Shown here piece by piece: positions 37,577-45,301 of a DNA stretch of 64,000 bases. Source of the DNA: an uncultured candidate division Zixibacteria bacterium (GTDB lineage: Bacteria > Zixibacteria > MSB-5A5 > GN15 > FEB-12); NCBI GenBank assembly GCA_963735035.1, contig CAVTJJ010000006.1, positions 544,001 to 608,000 on the forward strand, written 5' to 3'. The notes under the pieces were generated by a model that was given only the letters and a program-made list of their open reading frames with translations, searched no databases and was not told the origin of the DNA. A program made the position numbers and the translations under genes. How positions within the stretch are numbered: the stretch's first letter is position 1; every line of letters begins with the position of its first letter.

Positions 37577-39544
37577 ATGGCGCAAAATCTGGTCGAGAAG
37601 ATTGTGCAGCGCTTTGCGGTCGGGCTGGAGCCGGGGCAGGAAGTTCACGCCGGGGATTTCGCTTCCATCCGTCCAGCGCATGTTATGACCCACGACAACA
37701 CCGGCGCGGTGATTCCGAAATTCAAATCAATCGGCGCCACCAAAGTTCTCAACCCGCGCCAGCCGGTGTTTGCGCTCGATCATAACGTCCAGGACACCAG
37801 CGACGCCAATAAGAAGAAATACGCCGGAATCGAGGCGTTCGCCAAACAGCACGGGATCGATTTCTATCCAGCCGGGCGAGGCATCGGGCACCAGATCATG
37901 TGCGAGGAAGGGTACGCCTGGCCGCAGACCGTGGTGGTGGCCTCGGACTCACATTCCAACATGTACGGCGGGTTGGGGTGTCTCGGGACGCCGATTGTCC
38001 GCACCGACGCCGCTGCGATCTGGGCGACTGGCCGCACCTGGTGGCAGATTCCACCGGTGGCCAGAGTCGAACTGACCGGCAGCCTTCGTCCGGGGGCAAC
38101 CGGGAAGGATGTCATTATCACCCTGTGTGGTTTCTTCAACAAAGACGAGGTCCTGAATCATGCGGTCGAGTTCTGTGGCGACGGGATCGCGGCGCTGTCG
38201 GTGAATGACCGTCTTGCGATCGCCAATATGACCACCGAATGGGGCGCGCTTGTGGGCCTGTTCCCAACGGACAAGACGAGTCTGGACTGGATTAGACGAC
38301 GCTCTGAGGCAGTTCAAAGACGCGGATTGGCGGGGGTTCCGTCGGATGTTGACGCAGCAAACGGATTGCATAGTCGCCTGAATGTTAATAGGATAGAGGC
38401 GTTATCTAACAATATGCTTGAAGCCGGCTCGAACGCCTTCTACGCCAAACAACTCAAGCTCGATCTGGAGACCGTCTCGCCGCACGTCTCCGGGCCACAC
38501 AATGTGAAAACATACACGTCGATCCCAGAGATTCGCAAACGTCAGGTCAAGATCCAGAAGGCGTATCTTGTCTCTTGCGTGAACAGCCGGGTTGAAGATA
38601 TCGCCGCGGCGGCTCGAGTTATCAAAGGCAAGAAAGTTGCGACGGGGGTTGAGTTCTACATTTCGGCCGCGTCGAGCGAAGTCCAGGCCGAGGCCAAACG
38701 CCGGGGCGACTGGCAGACACTTCTTGATGCCGGGGCGCTCGAACTCCCGTCCGGATGCGGGCCGTGCATTGGACTCGGCAAGGGTTTGCTCGCTGACGAT
38801 GAAGTCGGCATTTCGGCGACGAATCGAAACTTCAAGGGGCGCATGGGAGCGCCGACTGCACAGGCGTATCTCGGCTCCCCCGAAGTGGTAGCCGCGTCGG
38901 CGGTGGCCGGATTTATCGACGGCCCTGATTTCGGAAATGTGCCGCAAGTGGAAGCATCGATCTCGGTTGCTTCGCGCCCGGTGAAGCATGTCGCAGTGGC
39001 GGTGCTGAAGGATTTCCCGGTCGAAGCTGTTGGAGAACTCGTGTTCTGTCATCAGGACAATCTTAACACCGACGGCATCTATCCCGGCAAGTACACTTAC
39101 AATGACGATATGACGCCCGCGCAACAGGCGCAGGTAGCGATGGAGAATTACGATCCGGAGTTCGGGAAGATAGTGAACAAGGGTGATATCCTGGTCGGCG
39201 GGTTCAATTTCGGCACTGGCAGTTCGCGCGAGCAGGCCGCGACGGCGCTCAAGTATCGCGGCATTCGTCTCGTGCTGGCTGGTTCGCTCAATCAGACTTA
39301 CCAGCGCAACGCGTTGAATAACGGCTTTCTCGCGCTTGAGGCGCCTGAGTTGTCGCGCGATCTGAAACAACGTTTCGGTTCGGGCAAGCTAACGGTGAAG
39401 ACCGGTATCAAGGCGAAGATTCGATTCGACACGGCAACGCTCGAGATCGACGGCAAAACTTACGCAATTGACCCGGTGGGTGTGGCGGCGCAGGAGTTGG
39501 TAATCGAGGGCGGTCTCGAGAACTGGGTGAAGAAGCGGTTGTAG
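37577..39544 (+). CDS. lysF: Homoaconitase-like aconitase-family hydratase, fungal Lys4/LysF type (large and small subunits fused)
   Basis: EKIVQRFAVGL, MTHDN, DSHSNMYGG, RTDAAAIWATG.TWWQIPP, [4Fe-4S] ligands SCVN and CGPC, NRNFKGRMG, swivel domain NTDGIYPG and GSSREQA. Confidence 0.85.
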   Translation: MAQNLVEKIVQRFAVGLEPGQEVHAGDFASIRPAHVMTHDNTGAVIPKFKSIGATKVLNPRQPVFALDHNVQDTSDANKKKYAGIEAFAKQHGIDFYPAGRGIGHQIMCEEGYAWPQTVVVASDSHSNMYGGLGCLGTPIVRTDAAAIWATGRTWWQIPPVARVELTGSLRPGATGKDVIITLCGFFNKDEVLNHAVEFCGDGIAALSVNDRLAIANMTTEWGALVGLFPTDKTSLDWIRRRSEAVQRRGLAGVPSDVDAANGLHSRLNVNRIEALSNNMLEAGSNAFYAKQLKLDLETVSPHVSGPHNVKTYTSIPEIRKRQVKIQKAYLVSCVNSRVEDIAAAARVIKGKKVATGVEFYISAASSEVQAEAKRRGDWQTLLDAGALELPSGCGPCIGLGKGLLADDEVGISATNRNFKGRMGAPTAQAYLGSPEVVAASAVAGFIDGPDFGNVPQVEASISVASRPVKHVAVAVLKDFPVEAVGELVFCHQDNLNTDGIYPGKYTYNDDMTPAQQAQVAMENYDPEFGKIVNKGDILVGGFNFGTGSSREQAATALKYRGIRLVLAGSLNQTYQRNALNNGFLALEAPELSRDLKQRFGSGKLTVKTGIKAKIRFDTATLEIDGKTYAIDPVGVAAQELVIEGGLENWVKKRL

Positions 39545-39636
39545 ATCGGGTCGAATCGAAGTGTGAAGCGTACTTAGGGCAAGCAGACGCAGGACTTGCC
39601 AACAGGTTTGCATTCAACTGTCTGAAGGAGTTCGAA

Positions 39637-40611
39637 GTGGCACTGCAAGACGTTTATCAGAAGATCAAACCGTCAATCGTAGCATTCGTGTCAACGGTGA
39701 CTTCAGATGTAAGGCGTACTGCCGAAGGCGTGTTACCTCCCATTTTCGGAACCGGTTTCATAGTCGATGGTGAGGGTTTAGTACTGACAAATGACCATGT
39801 TGTTAATGCTATAGAGAAACTCCCTAGACCAAGTGGAATGGATGCGCTCGATGTCGTACGCGTAATGCTTATTTCTCAGCAAGGCGACGAACTACGAACT
39901 GTTATGATGAGAGTGGAGGGAGTTCTATCTGTCGGCACAAAGAAACCTCTGCGTGACGATTTCTTCTTCAAGGAATTGCCTGACCTTGGATTTGTTGCTG
40001 TGTCTTTACGCGGCTTACCGGCAGTAAGCGTGCATGTGAACAGAGATATCCTTGAAGTTGGGCGGGAAATCGCCACTGCTGGTTTTCCGATGGGGAACTG
40101 CGCCATGGAAAGGCAACAGACTCTAGTTCCTAGACAAATCGCGCCAATGCTTCAAAGAGGCATAATATCAGCGTTACAGCCATTTGACGTTCCTCACGCA
40201 ATGAGCTTCAGCATAAATGTGCTGCTTCAGAATGGTGCGAGTGGTTCGCCTGTATTTCTATCGGACACCGGTGAGATCATTGGAGTAGCGTACGAGCGTG
40301 TATTCGAACAGTGTGTCGGACAAGTAGTTGATACGAAAGGTCGGCTCGTTACCGCCTCCGATGGAGAACCGATAGCGGCGATTATGAATGCCCCGACAAA
40401 CTTTTCATATGCGGTACCCACACATTTCCTTGGATTGGGACAGTTGGAAAAGGTAAAGGAGCAGTTTGCACGCATAGTGAAGCCGGGCAGACTTACCATG
40501 GAAGAGTATCTCGCACAGGCAAAGAGCGTTAGGATAGGGGGAACGACAGCGGATTCAGGTCAGGGAGATCTGGTCCTGCCGCAGTACATTATAAATGATA
40601 TGGAGTTGTGA
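39637..40611 (+). CDS. Cytoplasmic trypsin-like (S1) serine protease
   Basis: GTGFIV, TNDHV (His), PDLG (Asp), GFP, NGASGSP (Ser); no signal peptide or PDZ; SD AAGGAG; AT-richer. Confidence 0.8.
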   Translation: MALQDVYQKIKPSIVAFVSTVTSDVRRTAEGVLPPIFGTGFIVDGEGLVLTNDHVVNAIEKLPRPSGMDALDVVRVMLISQQGDELRTVMMRVEGVLSVGTKKPLRDDFFFKELPDLGFVAVSLRGLPAVSVHVNRDILEVGREIATAGFPMGNCAMERQQTLVPRQIAPMLQRGIISALQPFDVPHAMSFSINVLLQNGASGSPVFLSDTGEIIGVAYERVFEQCVGQVVDTKGRLVTASDGEPIAAIMNAPTNFSYAVPTHFLGLGQLEKVKEQFARIVKPGRLTMEEYLAQAKSVRIGGTTADSGQGDLVLPQYIINDMEL

Positions 40612-40765
40612 TCTGTGGATCCTTCGAATAGTATTGTGAGTCAGCTAAGGAGTGGTGATTTGTTTGTTAGTTGCATTCATGAAGACAGTATCTCGTGGGT
40701 GTGACAGGCACATGTCGAAGCATGAGGTTGTCGACCGACAAAGCTGCAAAATCCGGAAGTGATGA

Positions 40766-41431
40766 ATGAGCGTTCAACAGAAGCCATCAGTCAAGTGGTG
40801 TCGGAGTTGCGGGAGACTGCTTGACCAGTCGGTGAAACTGTGCTATCACTGTGGATCACCGACATCTCGACTAAGCGGCTTCGTTCACAGGCATAGAAGC
40901 TTCTTTGCAGCGCTTGGAGGTATCGCTGGATTGTGTGGCATAGTGCTCGTTATTCTCAACTTCCAAGCGACGCAAGAAGCTGTGGAAATCAGTCGCCAAA
41001 GATACATCGATGAATTTCAGCCGTTGGTGTCGGTGGAGTATCTTGGCGTAGAAACGGTCGGAGAGGCTTTTGTCCTGCGATTTGGATTGTTCAACAAAGG
41101 CAGGGCCGTCGCCTATGATCTGTCTGAAGCCGTCTGCGTTGTCGATAACTGTAAAGACACGCTCTATATTGACACAACGTTCACGGATAGGCTGTTTCCG
41201 TCAGAGCGTGATGCGAAGTCGCTACCGGTCAAGTTTGATATGAAGAGAGTGCTATGCGTGCCGGTAGTGCTAACTTGGCAGGTTCGTTATTGGTGGAATG
41301 GCGAGCCGCAAATCAAAGACTACTTGTGCGTTTGTGACATAACTTACGATGCAGATATGCGCAGACTCCTGGTGAATCAGCGCAGGGACAAAGTGACGGG
41401 GTACTTTGATTCGTTGTCTGGTGGTAAATGA
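40766..41431 (+). CDS. Hypothetical membrane protein with N-terminal zinc ribbon
   Basis: CRSC..CYHC, a single TM (FFAALGG...LVILNF), C-terminal beta-rich domain. Confidence 0.6.
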   Translation: MSVQQKPSVKWCRSCGRLLDQSVKLCYHCGSPTSRLSGFVHRHRSFFAALGGIAGLCGIVLVILNFQATQEAVEISRQRYIDEFQPLVSVEYLGVETVGEAFVLRFGLFNKGRAVAYDLSEAVCVVDNCKDTLYIDTTFTDRLFPSERDAKSLPVKFDMKRVLCVPVVLTWQVRYWWNGEPQIKDYLCVCDITYDADMRRLLVNQRRDKVTGYFDSLSGGK

Positions 41432-41461
41432 AGGTTCGTACAGAAGAAACCGATTGAAGGT

Positions 41462-41535
41462 TGTCGAAACCGCAGGGGTTTCGACCTACGACAGGCTCAG
41501 CCTGACTTGTAGGGCGGGTCCGCTTCGAACCCGCC
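41462..41535. repeat. REP cluster G + truncated F + H; contains the left copy of a 47-bp direct repeat
   Basis: TGTCGAAACCGCAGGGGTTTCGACCTAC, then 41489-41535, which matches 43612-43658 at 46/47 positions. Confidence 0.88.
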
Positions 41536-41637
41536 AATAGGTGTCGAAACTACCCTATCAGACTACTTTCGAACTATGTGGTTCAAGTTCACGTACAGTC
41601 AGGCAGGACCGTTACTGAAATTTGAAAGGATTCTGTC

Positions 41638-43506
41638 ATGAAACAAAGACTAATAGTTCTCAGCACGCTGATTGCCATTGTCGCTCTGTGCAGCGTCGCC
41701 GTCGCACAGGGGAATCTGACCGACCCGTATGAGATTCTCGGTAAGAATCTCCAGGCCCAGGGCGGGCTCGATCGCCTCAAGGCCGAGAAGACTTCCTATA
41801 TGGAAGGCACTCTCGCGGTCGCCGGTCTGACCGGGACACTCAAGGCCTGGTCGAAATATCCTGATCTGCAGCGAACCGAAGTAGATCTCAAGGTCCTCAA
41901 GATGACACAGGGTGATAACGGCACGATAACCTGGGTGCTCGATTCCAACGGCAAGATTCAGAAGGTTACGAAGGAAGACGAAATCACCCTCAAGCGCCGC
42001 GAACTTAAGCGGCGTATGGCCGACAATGAACAGGCTGATCGCAATTCGAAAGTGTTCTCGGTGCAACTGCGAGGCCGCGACAAGGTCAACGATCAGGATT
42101 GCTACGCCGTCGTCATCACTAACAAACTTAACTCCGATACGCTCATCTATTTCATCAACTCGAAGACATTCCTTCTGGAAGCGTCGGATTCGAAACAGGG
42201 CACCGAGGGAACGTACAGTATGATGTCAGACTACCGTCAGGTTGACGGTCTGACGGTCCCGTTTCACACCAGCCAGAAGGAGCACTTGACCGGCCAGGTG
42301 CAGGAGATTACGATTACAAGCTACGGGTCCAATCCGACCGTCGATCCGGCGATGTTCGAGCCGCCGGAGGAGAAGGGGAAAGACTTCGCGTTTGTCGAGG
42401 GAGATCGTTCCGAGAACATTCCGTTCCAATTCATCGGCGCTCACTTATTCATTCCTGTCATAGTCGACTGCAAGGAACGTCTCTGGGTGCTCGATACCGG
42501 CGCCGGTATGACTGTTATCAGCAAGAAGTTCGCAGCTGAACTTGGTCTCAAGATAGAAGGCGATATGCAGGGCGCGGGAGTGGGCGGCAATGTAGCCGTG
42601 AGTTTCACCACCCTTCCGGCGTTCACTATCAAAGGGATCAACTTTGAAAAACAGCAAGTAGCGGTTATTGATATGGACCAGCTCAACCGGATGGTCGGTT
42701 TCGAGACTGCCGGTATTCTCGGTTTTGACTTCTTCTCCCGTTTTGTCACGAAGGTCGATTACGCCAAGGAACTGGTGTCATTCTACGATCCCGAGACATT
42801 CAAGTATTCCGGCGACGGTACCACCCTCGACCTGCATCTCAAGAACCAGACGTTCACAGTGTCGGCGTCGCTTGACGGCCGCTCGTCGGGCGTCTGGCTG
42901 TTCGATGTCGGCGCGACCGGAGTCAGTGTGGAAACTCCCTACGCGAAAAGCGAAGGGTACTACGATAGAAAAGGCGTGGTCGGGCTGGGAGCAGGCGCAG
43001 GGCAGACCTTCGAATCGAAAAACGTCAAGTGCGATAGCATGCAGCTCGCCGGATTCACGCTCTACCAGCCCCGTGTCAGTTTCATCCTCGGGGAGACTCA
43101 GGGCGGTGCGGTACCCGACCAACTGGGCGGGCTCGGCAATACTCTCTTCCGCAATTTCGTAATCTACTGCGACTACAAGAACGAGCGGGTCGTGCTGGAG
43201 AAGGGTACGAAGTTCAATCAATCCTGGCCGGAGGATCACTCAGGCTTGCAGCTGATGTGGGACACGGCTTGGGCCAATATCGAAGTGCAATATGTCCAGG
43301 CAGGGACGCCGGCGCAGAAATCAGGAATCAAGGTTGGTGATGCACTAAAATCGATCAACGGTGTGGACGTTGCCTATTTCGACGGCCTGAATGCCGTGCG
43401 CAAGCTGTTCACCGGAAAGATTGGCGAGAAGTTCGAGATTGTGGTGGACAGAGCCGGACAAGAGATGAAATTGAAATTGGCGCTGGCGGATTTGTTCGCG
43501 AAGTAG
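41638..43506 (+). CDS. Secreted aspartyl protease (LolA-like N-terminus, two retropepsin-like domains, PDZ)
   Basis: Signal peptide; VLDTGA + GILG; LFDVGA + GGLG; C-terminal TPAQKSGIKVGD..ING PDZ. Confidence 0.8.
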   Translation: MKQRLIVLSTLIAIVALCSVAVAQGNLTDPYEILGKNLQAQGGLDRLKAEKTSYMEGTLAVAGLTGTLKAWSKYPDLQRTEVDLKVLKMTQGDNGTITWVLDSNGKIQKVTKEDEITLKRRELKRRMADNEQADRNSKVFSVQLRGRDKVNDQDCYAVVITNKLNSDTLIYFINSKTFLLEASDSKQGTEGTYSMMSDYRQVDGLTVPFHTSQKEHLTGQVQEITITSYGSNPTVDPAMFEPPEEKGKDFAFVEGDRSENIPFQFIGAHLFIPVIVDCKERLWVLDTGAGMTVISKKFAAELGLKIEGDMQGAGVGGNVAVSFTTLPAFTIKGINFEKQQVAVIDMDQLNRMVGFETAGILGFDFFSRFVTKVDYAKELVSFYDPETFKYSGDGTTLDLHLKNQTFTVSASLDGRSSGVWLFDVGATGVSVETPYAKSEGYYDRKGVVGLGAGAGQTFESKNVKCDSMQLAGFTLYQPRVSFILGETQGGAVPDQLGGLGNTLFRNFVIYCDYKNERVVLEKGTKFNQSWPEDHSGLQLMWDTAWANIEVQYVQAGTPAQKSGIKVGDALKSINGVDVAYFDGLNAVRKLFTGKIGEKFEIVVDRAGQEMKLKLALADLFAK

Positions 43507-43520
43507 CGCGACTGCATTTT

Positions 43521-43771
43521 GTAGGCCGGGACCCTTCGGGTTGCGACTTACAATAGCGTATAGTCACCCTGAGCTTGTCGAAGGGTGGCGCGCACTAAGT
43601 AAGTCATGCTTCGACAGGCTCAGCATGACTTGTAGGGCGGGTCCGCTTCGAACCCGCCGATGTGATGTCGCCGGGTGGCCCACCTGCTTGCAGGTGGGGG
43701 ATAGATGTTGTACGTCGCGACCTACCAGAGTCAGAATACAAACGCCGTCAGGCAGAGACGCCTGACGGCAC
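43521..43771. repeat. Nested REP mosaic (outer GTAG...CTAC pair enclosing families F, H, I; then family M)
   Basis: GTAGGCCGGGAC at 43521 and GTCGCGACCTAC ending at 43725; inside GTCACCCTGAGCTTGTCGAAG...CTTCGACAGGCTCAGCATGAC, H and I; GCCGTCAGGC..GCCTGACGGCAC at 43744-43771. Confidence 0.82.
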
Positions 43772-43800
43772 GATTGATATAACAAGGATTATCTTTACAC

Positions 43801-45171
43801 ATGTCAGACAAATCATTCTCACGGCAGATCGCTGAGTTTGCGGTAGGACTCAGCTATGACAAACTCCCATCCGAAACAGTTCATGAGGTCAAACGGTATC
43901 TCTATGACTCGCTCGGCTGCGCCTACGGCGGTTACCACACCAAGGACGTTGGCATTCTTCGCGCGATCTACAAAGAGATGGGTGGCAAAGCCGAGGCTAC
44001 TCTGTTCGGATTCGGCGACAAGATGCCGGCGGTCAACGCGACCCTGGTCAACTCCCTCATGATACGCGCATTAGATTACAACGACATTTACTGGAAAGAG
44101 GACCCGTCGCATCCGTCCGATATCATCCCGGCCGCGCTCTGCGTCGGCGAGATGGTTGGAGCATCGATGCGTGACGTCATTGTCGGCATCGTCCTGGCCT
44201 ACGAGTTCGAGATGCGCCTCTGCGAGTTCGCGGTGCCGGGTGTTCGCGAGCGGAAATGGCACCACGCCACCCTGACACAATTTGTATCGCCGATTGTGGC
44301 GGGGAAAATGCTTGGTTTGACGGTCGACCAGATGGTACACGCTATCGGCATTAGCGGCTGCCACAGCCATACGATCGGTTGTCCGACCGCCGGGAAGCTG
44401 ACCATGATGAAGAATACGGTCGATCCGATGGCGGTGCAGGCGGGCGTGTTCGCGGCGTTAATGGCTCAGAAAGGTTACTCCGGTACCGAGGCGGTCTTCG
44501 AAGGCAAGGAAGGGTTCATGGATGTCTTCGGACCGAAATGGGATAACGACAAATTACTCGGCGGGTTGGGTAAGAAATTCAAGATTCATGAATGCGGCAT
44601 GAAGGGATTCCCAACCGAAGCGCTCACCCACACGCACTTGACCTGCATGCTGAAAGTCATCCGCGAGAACGACATCAAACCGGAGCAGATCGAATCCGCC
44701 ACCGTTACGACTATAGCGCGTGCCTGTGATATCCTGTTTGACCCGCACAAGTACCGTCCTGAATCGCGCGAGACCGCCGATCATTCGTTGCCGTACTGTC
44801 TCGCTGCTGCGATTGTCGACCGTCAGATTAGCACAGCCTCGTTCTCCGATGAGAAGATGAAGGATCCGCGCATCTGGCAGGTGATCGACAAGATCAAAGG
44901 CGAAGCGTCGCTTGAATTCGAAAAGATGTTCCCTGCTAAGCAGCCGTCGAAAGTGATCGTTCGGACCATGAACGGCAAAGAATATTCGGCCTATCTCGAG
45001 TATCCGAAGGGTGACCCGCGCGAGCCGATGACTGAGGATGATTTGGATGTGAAATTTACGGGGCTGGCCGAGAAGCTCTTGAATGGGGAGCGTCGCAATA
45101 AGATCAAGAATGCGGTGTTCAATTGCGAGAAACTATCGGCTGCGGAGTTCATGCGGACAACAGTGGTCTAA
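43801..45171 (+). CDS. prpD: MmgE/PrpD family dehydratase
   Basis: RALDYND..HPSD, AYE, ETADHSLPY, EYPKGDP. Active-site loops differ from canonical 2-methylcitrate dehydratase, so the substrate is uncertain. Confidence 0.8.
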   Translation: MSDKSFSRQIAEFAVGLSYDKLPSETVHEVKRYLYDSLGCAYGGYHTKDVGILRAIYKEMGGKAEATLFGFGDKMPAVNATLVNSLMIRALDYNDIYWKEDPSHPSDIIPAALCVGEMVGASMRDVIVGIVLAYEFEMRLCEFAVPGVRERKWHHATLTQFVSPIVAGKMLGLTVDQMVHAIGISGCHSHTIGCPTAGKLTMMKNTVDPMAVQAGVFAALMAQKGYSGTEAVFEGKEGFMDVFGPKWDNDKLLGGLGKKFKIHECGMKGFPTEALTHTHLTCMLKVIRENDIKPEQIESATVTTIARACDILFDPHKYRPESRETADHSLPYCLAAAIVDRQISTASFSDEKMKDPRIWQVIDKIKGEASLEFEKMFPAKQPSKVIVRTMNGKEYSAYLEYPKGDPREPMTEDDLDVKFTGLAEKLLNGERRNKIKNAVFNCEKLSAAEFMRTTVV

Positions 45172-45204
45172 TTCTCGTAAATCGAAACCCGCGGTAAAAT
45201 AGAA

Positions 45205-45280
45205 AACCCGGCAGATGTGAGCATCTGCCGGGCACTATTCTTCGGAGGTCAGACCCGGCCGACTTTAGAATCTGCCGGGT
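45205..45280. repeat. Family C palindrome plus a related hairpin between convergent genes; may act as a terminator
   Basis: AACCCGGCAGATG..CATCTGCCGGGCAC and ACCCGGC..GCCGGGT. Confidence 0.65.
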
Positions 45281-45301
45281 TTGTATGTGATAACTTCCAA
45301 T

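Noticed and set aside
32827..43658. Three identical 27-bp repeats (GTAGGGCGGGTCCGCTTCGAACCCGCC) as a CRISPR array or tRNA/att fragments
   Set aside because: The copies are kilobases apart with no regular spacers and no cas genes. TTCGAA lies in a simple hairpin with no cloverleaf or CCA context. The GTAG tag indicates a REP.
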